Source: Candidatus Micrarchaeota archaeon
Lineage (GTDB): Archaea; Micrarchaeota; Micrarchaeia; Anstonellales; Bilamarchaeaceae
NCBI GenBank assembly: GCA_043816005.1
Contig: JBDRIM010000017.1
Location: 1-31,952 of the forward strand
Length of the DNA stretch: 31,952 nucleotides
Reading direction: 5' to 3'
The notes below the pieces were generated by a model, which saw nothing but the letters and a program-made list of their open reading frames with translations, was not told the DNA's origin and made no database searches. A program made the position numbers and the translations under genes. Position 1 is the first letter of the stretch. Every line of letters begins with the position of its first letter. Shown piece by piece: positions 9,403-19,089 of this stretch.

Positions 9403-10824
9403 ATGTTCATCGACCAAATTTTTTTGCTGCTCATGTTTTTTTTTACAATATTACTAATAATTAAGGAACCGATAATAAAATTTGGAAGAAGACAGATAAC
9501 AATAGATTATGGAATCGCACCATTAATCACTTTGCTTGTGTTAATTGTGCTTGGATACATAAACCTTTCAACTATCATCGAAGCATTGGGAGGCAATTCA
9601 AGCATAATACCATGGCAGATAATTATTATTTTCTTTGCTGCAGCGTACGTTTTTATATCCCTTGATACTACTGGCATATTTGAATATTTGTCATTTAAGA
9701 TATTAAAATTAACACATAATGACGGCCATAAACTTTTTTTCTATCTGGCTGGTTTTGCAGCAATTCTAACCATGTTCACATCCAATGATATTGTTACTCT
9801 TACAATGACCCCTATAGTATTATACCTGGGAAAACATTCGAAAATAAACCCGCTTCCATACTTGATGATTGTTTTCTTTACAGCAAATACCTGGAGTATG
9901 ATTTTTTACATAGGAAGTCCAACAAATATAATAGTCGCACAGGCATTAGAACTTGGTTTTTTCGAATATACTAAATTTATGATCATACCAACCTTAGTTG
10001 CAGGTGTTCTGACAACCATTCTCGCTTTTATAATGTTCAATAAAGAAATTCCAAAACACGTTAGTGTACCAAGGAGGATAAACCCACAAGATTATTTAAT
10101 AAATAAAACAACAGCAAAAATCGGGTTGGTATTGGTTTTTATTTTATTTTTAACATTAATATTTTCGGAGTCGCTTCCATATAAAATATGGGAGATAATC
10201 GGATTTTTTGCATTGGTTTTTATCACCATAAACTTATTTATCTCGTATTACCATTTGGAAATAAGTCATAATTCTAAAAAATATCATGATGAAAAAACAA
10301 AATCTATTACCCATACGAATATTTTATTTTCCAGGACAAACAACTTTTTTATGGTGATACATAGAATGCCATGGAAAATTTTACCATTAATAATTTCATT
10401 TTTTATATTGACTCATGTTTTGGCTTTGAATGGAATAGACGACGCAATAGCAATTGGAATAAGTAATTTCAGAGGAATTTTCCAGGGGACTATATTTACA
10501 GGTATAATCACAGCAATAAGTGCAAACATAATGATTGATCAACCGATGACAATGTTGTTTGCAACTTCTATGCAAAGTCCGCATTATTTAATTACAGATA
10601 CTGAAAAACTGAGTAATGCATTCGCTCTCGTAATAGGGGCAAATTTGGGTGATAATCTCACTCTTTTCGGAGCACTGGCAGGTATAATGTGGTGTAAAAT
10701 ACTCAAATTCAATGGAGTAGAAATGAATTACCTGAAATTTTTATCTTATAGTATTAGGGTTATACCAATGGTAATAATTATTACCTGTATTGTTCTTGCT
10801 TTGCAAATGAATTATCTTGCGTGA
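9403..10824 (+). CDS. ArsB/NhaD (ion transporter superfamily) permease
   Basis: SLDTTGIFEYL, FTSNDIVTLTMTPIV, IGSPTNII, GANLGDNLTLFGALAGIMW; about 11-12 TM helices. Confidence 0.9.
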   Translation: MFIDQIFLLLMFFFTILLIIKEPIIKFGRRQITIDYGIAPLITLLVLIVLGYINLSTIIEALGGNSSIIPWQIIIIFFAAAYVFISLDTTGIFEYLSFKILKLTHNDGHKLFFYLAGFAAILTMFTSNDIVTLTMTPIVLYLGKHSKINPLPYLMIVFFTANTWSMIFYIGSPTNIIVAQALELGFFEYTKFMIIPTLVAGVLTTILAFIMFNKEIPKHVSVPRRINPQDYLINKTTAKIGLVLVFILFLTLIFSESLPYKIWEIIGFFALVFITINLFISYYHLEISHNSKKYHDEKTKSITHTNILFSRTNNFFMVIHRMPWKILPLIISFFILTHVLALNGIDDAIAIGISNFRGIFQGTIFTGIITAISANIMIDQPMTMLFATSMQSPHYLITDTEKLSNAFALVIGANLGDNLTLFGALAGIMWCKILKFNGVEMNYLKFLSYSIRVIPMVIIITCIVLALQMNYLA

Positions 10825-10920
10825 AAGTATTATTCAATTATAAAATTAATTTCAAAAAATTGTGGAACAAAAGATAATATTAAATTATTTCACAAATATA
10901 ACAAATTACTTGGTGTTAAT

Positions 10921-11283
10921 ATGCGAGACGTTATTAGCGAAGCTATAATCGCTCATAAACGCTGGAAGATTGTATTAGATGAAGCAATAGAAACCGGAAC
11001 GTGTAAACTTAGCGTTGATATGGTTAAAAGTGATAGGAATTGTATTCTTGGTAAATGGATTAACAACCTTAATGACAACCCGGGAACAATAATAGAATAT
11101 GATAAACTTAGGGAATTGCACTTGAAATTCCACAAATATGCTGCAGAGGTCCTCAAACTAGCATTGGAAGGTAAAAAGAAACAAGCAAAAAAAGCAACTG
11201 GGCCAGGAAGTAAATATGATGAGTGTTCAACAAAATTAATCAATATGCTGGGGAAATTGCACGAAAAAACTATTTGTATCTAA
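10921..11283 (+). CDS. Stand-alone CZB (chemoreceptor zinc-binding) domain protein
   Basis: 3His/1Cys pattern: AHKRWK, CILGKW and LHLKFH. Confidence 0.88.
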   Translation: MRDVISEAIIAHKRWKIVLDEAIETGTCKLSVDMVKSDRNCILGKWINNLNDNPGTIIEYDKLRELHLKFHKYAAEVLKLALEGKKKQAKKATGPGSKYDECSTKLINMLGKLHEKTICI

Positions 11284-12263
11284 CTAACAGAATCAACAAA
11301 TTCTCTTAATTCTTTGTTCACTCTTCTTGGTCTTTCTGAATTGGCCCAATGAGTCGTATTTTCGAGTACAACTAATGGAATGTCTGGGGCTAATTCTCTA
11401 ATAATTTGCTCTGTTTTCTTTTGATCAGTTATAAAATCCCGTTCCCCAAGAATAATTTTTCTTGGTACGGAAATGTGACCAAATCTTGAACCAATCTCAT
11501 CACCAGTCTGAATCATTGATAATAGTGCAGTGATGAAAACAGAAATATCCAATTCCAATGATTTTCGTAAATTTTTAACAAATGCATCTTGACGTATTTT
11601 ACTTCCAGTTTTTCGAGTAAACACAGCATGCCAGATTCTGAGAGGTATATCAGCTGCCAGGATTGTAAGTGCTTTTGTAACTATTGAAGCGACATGATCG
11701 TGTTTCAAAAGTGCTTGGATTTGTTCGAGTCTAGGTTCAACTAAACCAGCATATGGAAATACTTTCATTGGATCTGAAAAAAGTGGCGAAACAAATGCCA
11801 TCCCCCCAACTTGATCAGCTGTAAGGCGCTGGAATTCTAGTGAAATTGGACTACCCATACTATGAGCCACAGTAAACATTCTTCCGTGGATCCCAAGACT
11901 ACGAACAAGTTCATGTGCAGCAAGTGCACAATGCCTTAGATAATCACGAGTTCCAGTTCCATTTATTTCACTATTACCATGACCAAAATTATTGAAGAAG
12001 ATGAGATTGCAATCAGAAAATCCATTTAAGCCATGTTGTAAAGTGTATCGTGGCATTTGGAATCCCCACTGTGAGAAGCGGAGCATAAACCCATTGAAAA
12101 AAACAAGAGTTCGTGCATTTGGATCAAGGGTGGGATCATTCCCCCTAAATTTAGGAATAGCAAGATATTCTAATTCAACGCCAACGGTTGTTCGGAATCT
12201 TGGTTTTGGAAAGACCGGTGGTAACATCACACGTTGACCAACTTTAGTTACAGCTGGCTGCAT
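11280..12263 (-). CDS. Alpha/beta hydrolase
   Basis: Oxyanion-hole region VFFNGF, NNFGHGNS, nucleophile AHSMG, acid GERDF, and His in TTHWANSERP. Confidence 0.88.
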   Translation of the reverse strand: MQPAVTKVGQRVMLPPVFPKPRFRTTVGVELEYLAIPKFRGNDPTLDPNARTLVFFNGFMLRFSQWGFQMPRYTLQHGLNGFSDCNLIFFNNFGHGNSEINGTGTRDYLRHCALAAHELVRSLGIHGRMFTVAHSMGSPISLEFQRLTADQVGGMAFVSPLFSDPMKVFPYAGLVEPRLEQIQALLKHDHVASIVTKALTILAADIPLRIWHAVFTRKTGSKIRQDAFVKNLRKSLELDISVFITALLSMIQTGDEIGSRFGHISVPRKIILGERDFITDQKKTEQIIRELAPDIPLVVLENTTHWANSERPRRVNKELREFVDSVS

Positions 12264-12379
12264 AAAAAGATATGTGGGTAATGATGTTTAAACTACTTTC
12301 GGTAATTTTTGGTTTGATACCTCACTTCGTTCGGGTGGAAATGTTAGAATAAAATTAGATATATTCTGCTCACTCCAGA

Positions 12380-12420
12380 TCAAATAAAAAGGAAATTAGA
12401 AAGAAACCTTGGTTTCTTTC
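12380..12420 (-). terminator. Hairpin plus T-rich tract downstream of the PAC2 gene
   Basis: Perfect 10-bp inverted repeat GAAAGAAACC-TT-GGTTTCTTTC (12399-12420), followed on the - strand by TAATTTCCTTTTTATTT. Confidence 0.55.
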
Positions 12421-13162
12421 AACCGTACATGCTTCCGCCTTCTGATGCTTGCGGTCCGCCTTTTCTCTTTGAGATTTTAGCCTTGACAACAGTTTCTTGG
12501 ATGTCTTTGGCAAACTCAGCTGCTTCTTTGTCAAGCCTAGCAGTGTTAATTTGAATTCCAGTCATTCTCGTAAGTACCTTTAGAACATTGGACGCCGCCC
12601 TTGGATCAAGATATTCTTCAGATGACTCTGCCAAAATAGTTGTAATTGGAAAATTATTCAACGTGCCTTTTGTAAGAAGAATCCCAGTGACACCTGTCGT
12701 TGCACCTTCTTTTATTGGTTTTGCTAATTTTTGCGCAATGACATCCTTCACAACGGCTGGATCACTTGATACAACATAAACACCTTTTTTCTCATCTTGT
12801 AAAGAAATTCCACCTAGGGATATGATCGAAGATGCGCTAACTGATTTTGAAAATTCATAAATCTTATCTGCAACTTCGTTTGATGATGAGATCGGGATTG
12901 TCATTTCAGAAAGAATAACGATCATATTCAATTTTTCTGAATAATGAATACGTGCAGCAGGCATTGGTTTGTAATTATGAATTGCAGCAAGGGGAGCAAA
13001 ATCAGAGCTTGAAATATAACCACCAAATGCCATTTGTAGTGATTCAACAAGTTGTGATGCAGCAACACTGCCGACAAGACCAGTACCTGGAAACCCCATG
13101 ACTATAGTTGGGTTCTTCAATTTTTTCATGTCAGCCGTCTTATGTATTTCAACATCTCCCAT
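12419..13162 (-). CDS. PAC2 family proteasome assembly chaperone/activator (Pba-like) with a C-terminal HbYX motif
   Basis: GFPGTGLVGSVAA, ISLGG, TGVTGILL, DPRAA and terminal MYG. Confidence 0.92.
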   Translation of the reverse strand: MGDVEIHKTADMKKLKNPTIVMGFPGTGLVGSVAASQLVESLQMAFGGYISSSDFAPLAAIHNYKPMPAARIHYSEKLNMIVILSEMTIPISSSNEVADKIYEFSKSVSASSIISLGGISLQDEKKGVYVVSSDPAVVKDVIAQKLAKPIKEGATTGVTGILLTKGTLNNFPITTILAESSEEYLDPRAASNVLKVLTRMTGIQINTARLDKEAAEFAKDIQETVVKAKISKRKGGPQASEGGSMYG

Positions 13163-13215
13163 GAGATAGTATGGAATGACAAAGGCTTTTATATCATTCG
13201 ATTACAAAACGCCGT

Positions 13216-13377
13216 ATGGCAAAAGATTCAGTAACAATGCCGATGGCATCTGCCGGAATTATAGGCATGTCCCCTGATATGAAATTAGGCGGGATAGAAT
13301 TTGATCCAAAGGTATTCGTAATAGCAGTTTTCCTAATGGTAATTATTGTACAGGTAGCTAGCCGCTTTGCTGTGTAA
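13216..13377 (+). CDS. secG: Preprotein translocase subunit Sec61beta (archaeal SecG), 53 aa; absent from the ORF track
   Basis: MAKDSVTMPMASAGIIGMSPDMKLGGIEFDPKVFVIAVFLMVIIVQVASRFAV has the SAG-(I/L) and DP-then-TM pattern. A TTTTATAT box lies ~25 nt upstream. Confidence 0.85.
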   Translation: MAKDSVTMPMASAGIIGMSPDMKLGGIEFDPKVFVIAVFLMVIIVQVASRFAV

Positions 13378-14476
13378 GTTCTTTTATTTTATTTCCGGAT
13401 TTTTTTCTAACTTCATCTTCGGCCAATACCAAAACTCCCATTCGATAATCTTCTGTTTTTTTAAGTGATTGGACAATTTGAGAGATATCAGAAATAGAAT
13501 GCATGCCATCATCAGTCTTAACCTCAAAATCAACTGATTTGAAAAACTGATGGGGATAATCAACAATTATATCGTGATTGGTTTTTTCTGATAAGAATTT
13601 CTCTAATTTTTCTGCTCTTGCTTGATCCCACCCTTTTTTCTGGAAAGAATATACTTCTTTGTATAAATGACGTCTGAGTAATGCATTTGCGTACTTACCG
13701 CCCTTCTCAGATTTGCATAGTTCGGCCATCGCACTTTCGTCATCAAGTTCAACAAATCTTTCTGGCGCAAGAGTACCATCGTTTATTGCTCCTTCTATTG
13801 CACGATAAAGCATGGCAGTTGCAATACGAACAGTACGATGAAGATAGACAGTTATGAACATCGTAAATCTTGCAACAAGAAGATTTTCTGCTGCTTCGAG
13901 CCCTCCCTTTTCGATGTATAATTTCCCTTTTTCCATCTTAACAGTATGCACGATTCTGTCTATATCAATTATCCCATATGCAACTCCAGTATTCAATGCA
14001 TCGCGTTTAAGATAGTCCATTCTATCTGCACCAATATCAGACTCGATAATACTACCATAAATAGAATTACCAATTTCTGCAATCTCTTTTGGCCTGAAAT
14101 TCTCTGATAGTATGTCTGCAATTTCATGTTCGACAATTTTTCTTTTTCCGATTTCTTCGTGATCGCCAATATATTTTTTTACAATATCTTCACCTTCATG
14201 TGAAAATGCAGTATGGCCAATATCATGCAAAAGGCCATATAATTTTATTTTCTTCACTTGATCATCATCAAGGCCAACACGCCGCGCAATTATCTCTGAG
14301 AGATGAGCAGTTCCGATAGAATGTTCAAAACGACTGTGATTAGCACCAGGATAGACAAGATTAGTCACAGACATTTGTTTTATTCTGCGCAAACGCTGGA
14401 AAGAAACGCTATCAATTATTTTCTCTTCTAGTTCATTGAATTCTATAGTACCATGGATTTCGTCTTTTATTAACAT
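13358..14476 (-). CDS. HD-domain phosphohydrolase (dNTP triphosphohydrolase/SAMHD1-like family)
   Basis: IKDEIHG, FQRLRRIKQ, YPGANHSRFEHSIG, LLHDIGHTAFSH, ADRMDYLKRD and VYLHRT. ATG 14476 is preferred as the start. Confidence 0.93.
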   Translation of the reverse strand: MLIKDEIHGTIEFNELEEKIIDSVSFQRLRRIKQMSVTNLVYPGANHSRFEHSIGTAHLSEIIARRVGLDDDQVKKIKLYGLLHDIGHTAFSHEGEDIVKKYIGDHEEIGKRKIVEHEIADILSENFRPKEIAEIGNSIYGSIIESDIGADRMDYLKRDALNTGVAYGIIDIDRIVHTVKMEKGKLYIEKGGLEAAENLLVARFTMFITVYLHRTVRIATAMLYRAIEGAINDGTLAPERFVELDDESAMAELCKSEKGGKYANALLRRHLYKEVYSFQKKGWDQARAEKLEKFLSEKTNHDIIVDYPHQFFKSVDFEVKTDDGMHSISDISQIVQSLKKTEDYRMGVLVLAEDEVRKKSGNKIKELTQQSG

Positions 14477-14481
14477 GAAAA

Positions 14482-15255
14482 TCAAACCGGGGCAAAAATT
14501 CCCTTTTTCTTTTCTATGATATCTCCGCTTTCAGCCATCAACCTTAGAACTGCAGTGCAACCATCGATATCAGTCTTTGATGCAGTAGCAATGGATGGCA
14601 CATCCATATCTTTTTTCAAAACCAACGTGATTTTACCTCGTATTGTGGTTAAACATTCTCTCGTTACAACATAGAATTTTCCATCAAATCCTTTTACACC
14701 AACAATAGCACCACTTTTCATCTCATTTGAAAGTTTTTCAGAAAGTGCAAATGCCTCCCTCTTATCAGTAAAGATAACGAACCCTTGTGTTTTCAATGCA
14801 ACAAGAGGATTTATATCAGCCATCGCAACCGGAGTTGTTGATGACTGAGGACTATCATTCTTCTGGACTAATGCGTATGTGCTATCTGGAACATTGTAGA
14901 CACCATCAACATATTTCCGTCCTTTGAAGAGATTGACAACTTTTTTCTGTTCAAGGGTTTTAAGTATTTCTTTTTCAGAATCTGAAAATGCTTTTGAAAT
15001 GTAGGTTGGAATGCGATTTTCAAAACGTATAGAGAGAAGTTTTTTCAAAACTGACATTTCCCTATCAGACATGGTTTTATTGTCTTTTTCAGGGATATTG
15101 GACTTTGATACTTCATTTTGATTAGTAAGAGGCACTGTGAGAAGATAATATCCATCTCTAAGCAAAAAAAACTCAACCGCGTCGTAGTTTGATAACTCGG
15201 GTGGTAATTCAATGTATGATTTATCCTGTCTTTTTATAATCCGAGTTTTAACCAT
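14482..15255 (-). CDS. Hypothetical protein with an AbrB-like N-terminus and winged-helix-like segments
   Basis: N-terminus TRIIKRQDKSYIELPPEL; C-terminus MDVPSIA...CTAVLRLMAESGDIIEKKKG. Directly upstream of the HD gene. Confidence 0.65.
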   Translation of the reverse strand: MVKTRIIKRQDKSYIELPPELSNYDAVEFFLLRDGYYLLTVPLTNQNEVSKSNIPEKDNKTMSDREMSVLKKLLSIRFENRIPTYISKAFSDSEKEILKTLEQKKVVNLFKGRKYVDGVYNVPDSTYALVQKNDSPQSSTTPVAMADINPLVALKTQGFVIFTDKREAFALSEKLSNEMKSGAIVGVKGFDGKFYVVTRECLTTIRGKITLVLKKDMDVPSIATASKTDIDGCTAVLRLMAESGDIIEKKKGIFAPV

Positions 15256-15307
15256 GAAATAGATTTGTCTGGCTTAATTTTAAAAGATAAGGCAACCATA
15301 TCACTAT

Positions 15308-16615
15308 ATGTCAATTTCCCCATTTGAAGAAAGATATAGAACAGAGATGAATGTTGTTTTTGATGATCAAACCAAGTTAAATAGGTGGATGGCAGTCGAG
15401 GTTGCACTTGCAAAGGCCCATGCCCAACTTGGTCACATTCCAAAAGATGCACCAGGAAAAATAGAAGACGGAATGAAAAAAGTTACGCATGCACGAGTGG
15501 TGGAAATTGAGTCACTTATACACCATGATCTTATGGCAATGGTAAAGGCACTTACAGAACAAGCAGGAGATGCTGGAAAATATGTGCATCTTGGTGCAAC
15601 AAGCTATGATATAGAAGACACGGCAACAGCGCTTATTTTTCTTGATGCAATTGCAGTTATTGAGAATAATTTAACAGGATTTGGAATCGTTCTGAAAAAA
15701 CTTGCACTTGAACACAAAGAAACAGTGTGTGTTGGAAGAACACATGGACAGCACGCAGTTCCAACCACATATGGAATGAAATTTGCATTGTATTACCAAG
15801 AATTGAAACGAGATCTCGAACGACTCAAAGAAGCAAAAAAGAGAATTGCCGTCGGTAAAATGTCCGGCGCAGTTGGAACCATGGCAACTTTTGGTAATGA
15901 TGGACCAAAAATTCAGAAATTTGTTATGAAAGAACTTGGACTTGAAGAAGCAAAAGTAACTAATCAAGTTATTCAAAGAGATCGTCATGCAGAAGTCATT
16001 TTTATTCTTGCTATCACTGCATCGTTATTGGAAAAAATAGCAAAGGAAATACGTAACTTACAAAGAACAGAAATACTCGAACTATCTGAGGCATTCAGTG
16101 CAAAACAAGTTGGCTCTTCAACAATGCCACAGAAAAGAAATCCACATAAAAGCGAAAGAGTGTGTTCACTTGCCAGATTAGTAAGAGCAAATGTGCTCAC
16201 TGCAATCGAAAATAATGCACTTGAACATGAAAGAGACTTGACAAACAGTGCGAATGAAAGAGCAATTTTCAGCGAAAGTTTTATTGCTCTTGATTACATG
16301 CTTCTTGAAATGACAAAGATAGTTGGCGGTTTGGTTTTCTATCCCGATAATATCAAAAGAAATTTAGAACTTACAAAAGGACTAATTCTTGCAGAAAGAT
16401 TGATGATTTATTTAGTTGAAAACAAAAAGATGGGAAGACAGGATGCTCATGAACAGGTTCGAAATATGGCACAGGAAGCATTTGCAAAAGGAAAACATCT
16501 GAAAGAACTTGTTTTGGAAAGGAAATTAGTTGATAAAAAAGAAGCTGAAATGCTGTTTGAATATTCAACTTACGTGGGAAATGCTAAAAAAATAATTGAA
16601 GACGCTGTGAAATAA
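15308..16615 (+). CDS. purB: Adenylosuccinate lyase
   Basis: HHD, VHLGATSYDI, GRTHGQHA, SGAVG, signature GSSTMPQKRNP and HERDLTNS. Confidence 0.97.
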   Translation: MSISPFEERYRTEMNVVFDDQTKLNRWMAVEVALAKAHAQLGHIPKDAPGKIEDGMKKVTHARVVEIESLIHHDLMAMVKALTEQAGDAGKYVHLGATSYDIEDTATALIFLDAIAVIENNLTGFGIVLKKLALEHKETVCVGRTHGQHAVPTTYGMKFALYYQELKRDLERLKEAKKRIAVGKMSGAVGTMATFGNDGPKIQKFVMKELGLEEAKVTNQVIQRDRHAEVIFILAITASLLEKIAKEIRNLQRTEILELSEAFSAKQVGSSTMPQKRNPHKSERVCSLARLVRANVLTAIENNALEHERDLTNSANERAIFSESFIALDYMLLEMTKIVGGLVFYPDNIKRNLELTKGLILAERLMIYLVENKKMGRQDAHEQVRNMAQEAFAKGKHLKELVLERKLVDKKEAEMLFEYSTYVGNAKKIIEDAVK

Positions 16616-16689
16616 ATTGGGAGATATAGAACTACCCAGCCTCTACGCTTTATATACTTTCGCAGCTTATTAAATTTAAGAGGTAAGAT

Positions 16690-17505
16690 ATGACGACCAT
16701 GGGCGGAAATAAAGGATTTACTATTGCATGTATAGCAGTTGGAGTTTTGGGTGCTTTCTTCTCCATAGCTAGCGGTGGCACAATATTCGCTCTTATAGGT
16801 GGATTTATTTCTTTTTGTGGTGCCGTATTCGGGGTTCTATTCTGGAGATATGGGTATATCATGGTACCGCTCATTACTACCAGAACGAATATCATAATGA
16901 TGAGTGATATTGGGTATGAGGTTCCCCCGACACAAGATGTAATAGTCAAAAGCATTAATGGAGTGTATTATTCATCTGCATTTTTAGGGATGAAAATCTT
17001 TGAATCTGCAACAGAAAAATCAGCTGAGGAAAATCTTGTTTATAGCCAATTTTTTGAACGCGCAATTTCAAATATTAAGTATATCACAAAGATTAGCTAC
17101 ATGCTTTATGTCGAAGATGTTACAGAAAAAAGAAAATCAATAGAAACAAAAAGAGCAGAAGCACAACTACGACTTGCAAGAGAACGAGATAAAGCACAAC
17201 CGGATGTTCTAAAATTAGACAAATACGAGAGAGAGATACAAAAAGAAGATAGTGAATTGGCAAGATTAGTAAAAGGAGTTAAACCAATGGGAATTATCGC
17301 TTATGCTCAGACGACTGCCGTAGGTGTGAGTAAAGATGCTGCAGTGTCATTAGCACGTACGCAAGCAAAGGAACTACGATCAGTACTTGAAAATGCACTT
17401 AATGTAGAGGTAAACCAGCTTACAGGAGACGAAATGTTAAAATGCTTTGAATGGGATTATTTCTTCCCAACAACTGTCCAGGAACTTGAAGAGAGTGTGG
17501 TCTAA
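16690..17505 (+). CDS. Membrane protein: two N-terminal TM helices plus a cytoplasmic domain resembling the VirB4/TraC N-terminal or PrgI-fusion region
   Basis: Two hydrophobic segments in residues ~9-62, a central coiled coil and C-terminal ELRSVLENALNVEVNQLTGDEMLKCF. The stop overlaps the ATPase start (TAATG). The family assignment is inference. Confidence 0.65.
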   Translation: MTTMGGNKGFTIACIAVGVLGAFFSIASGGTIFALIGGFISFCGAVFGVLFWRYGYIMVPLITTRTNIIMMSDIGYEVPPTQDVIVKSINGVYYSSAFLGMKIFESATEKSAEENLVYSQFFERAISNIKYITKISYMLYVEDVTEKRKSIETKRAEAQLRLARERDKAQPDVLKLDKYEREIQKEDSELARLVKGVKPMGIIAYAQTTAVGVSKDAAVSLARTQAKELRSVLENALNVEVNQLTGDEMLKCFEWDYFFPTTVQELEESVV

Positions 17506-19085
17506 TGCCGATAGGTGGCAAACTGTACTTAACCAAACTACCAAACAGTGCAGTGTCAAGAAGGAATATTCTTGTTAGACCACCAGAACCACCAATAGAA
17601 ATATTATTTCCTGATCCGACAAGCGCAATTTATATAGGAAGAACAAAAATATTCAATGTTCCATTTTATTGGACATATGAAAATGTTGCCAACCCACACA
17701 TAGCAGTTGTTGGTATTTCAGGTTCTGGTAAAAGTTATTTTATCAAAACATTTCTCTTACGATCTGCTTTTGTATGGAATAGTAATGCACTTATCATAGA
17801 CTGGGCTGGTGAATACAAGGACTGGGTTCGTCAGACAAATGGAAAAGTAGTATCACTTGGTAAGAATTCGTATCTTAATCTTCTTGATCTTGGTGGTATG
17901 AAACCATATGATCGTATCAAACAAGTTATGAGAACGATGGAACTTCTTACAGATATTGCTAATTATCCAGAACAAAAAAGACTTACAGAACAGGCAATAG
18001 AAAAAGTATATATTGAGAGTAAATTTAGGATGGAGACTCATGAACAAAAAGATGAACTTGGTAAACCTCTTATTGCCCCAACACTCAAAGATGTAGTAAG
18101 GATTCTGACAGAACAATCGCAAGTTGGATCTTATGAATTCCCAGCTGAGCTAGAAAATGCAATTTACAGATTAAGACAATTTACAAAACCAGGTGAAGAT
18201 TTCTTTGCCCAACAAAGCACAGTTAGACTTGATGAGTTAGTGAGTACGGGTTTGGTTGATCTTGATCTTTCTGGTCTTCCAGATGAAACCTCAAGAGCGC
18301 TTGCTGCACTTACTCTTCTCCAATTTATAAAAGAAAAGATGAGACTTGAAGGTTGGGCAAACCAAAAAGGCCTTAGACTGCTTATAGTCCTTGATGAGGC
18401 CTGGAAAATAGGAAAGGATGAAAACAGTGACGCAGTAATGATAGTTCGTGAAGGTAGAAAATACAATTTTGCCATGATAATTGCATCACAGAACCCAACG
18501 GACATAAGCGAAGCAATATTCAGTAATGTTGGCACCACTTTCATACTCAAGGTAAAATTCGAAAAGTTCTTGGATTACCTACAGGGGTCTCTGAATTTCA
18601 GCAATTATATGCGTGAAGAGATCAGTAGACTTGGTGTTGGACAGTGTGCCGTCAACCTGTCCCTCACTTCGCAGGTACCATACCCATCTACTTTCCTTAT
18701 AGATAAAATAGAAGGTGAAGAACCAAGTAAGGAATTTTTCCTAGATTTGACGGATGTATTAACAGATAAACAAAGGAGGGAAGCAACAATGTCAAGAAGC
18801 GTTTCATTCCCAAAAGAAGATTTCAGAAGAAGATTGCGCCAGTTTGGATTGCCGGATGATAAAATAGAGGAATTCACAAAAACATTTGAGAAAAACAGCA
18901 GAAGAATGGATGTTGTTTCTTTCGTCATAATGTTAGAAAGAAACGGTATAATTCGCCGCAACATCAACGAATTCCTCAAAGATGCTGGCATGGATGATAT
19001 GACAGTAATAAATATATTTGGAAAAGTTGATTTGAAGAAAAGCGGTGGTATAGGCAGAGAAATAAGCCAGGTAACACTAGAGTGA
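17505..19085 (+). CDS. HerA/FtsK-superfamily ATPase, VirB4/CedB-like
   Basis: NPHIAVVGISGSGKS (Walker A), IIDWAGEY, LIVLDEAW (Walker B), REGRKY...IIASQNPTD and LGVGQC. Confidence 0.9.
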   Translation: MPIGGKLYLTKLPNSAVSRRNILVRPPEPPIEILFPDPTSAIYIGRTKIFNVPFYWTYENVANPHIAVVGISGSGKSYFIKTFLLRSAFVWNSNALIIDWAGEYKDWVRQTNGKVVSLGKNSYLNLLDLGGMKPYDRIKQVMRTMELLTDIANYPEQKRLTEQAIEKVYIESKFRMETHEQKDELGKPLIAPTLKDVVRILTEQSQVGSYEFPAELENAIYRLRQFTKPGEDFFAQQSTVRLDELVSTGLVDLDLSGLPDETSRALAALTLLQFIKEKMRLEGWANQKGLRLLIVLDEAWKIGKDENSDAVMIVREGRKYNFAMIIASQNPTDISEAIFSNVGTTFILKVKFEKFLDYLQGSLNFSNYMREEISRLGVGQCAVNLSLTSQVPYPSTFLIDKIEGEEPSKEFFLDLTDVLTDKQRREATMSRSVSFPKEDFRRRLRQFGLPDDKIEEFTKTFEKNSRRMDVVSFVIMLERNGIIRRNINEFLKDAGMDDMTVINIFGKVDLKKSGGIGREISQVTLE

Positions 19086-19089
19086 TGAT

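Noticed and set aside
9018..9457. ORFs 9018-9200 and 9155-9457
   Set aside because: They are translations of palindromic repeats with TTG/GTG starts and no protein-like features.
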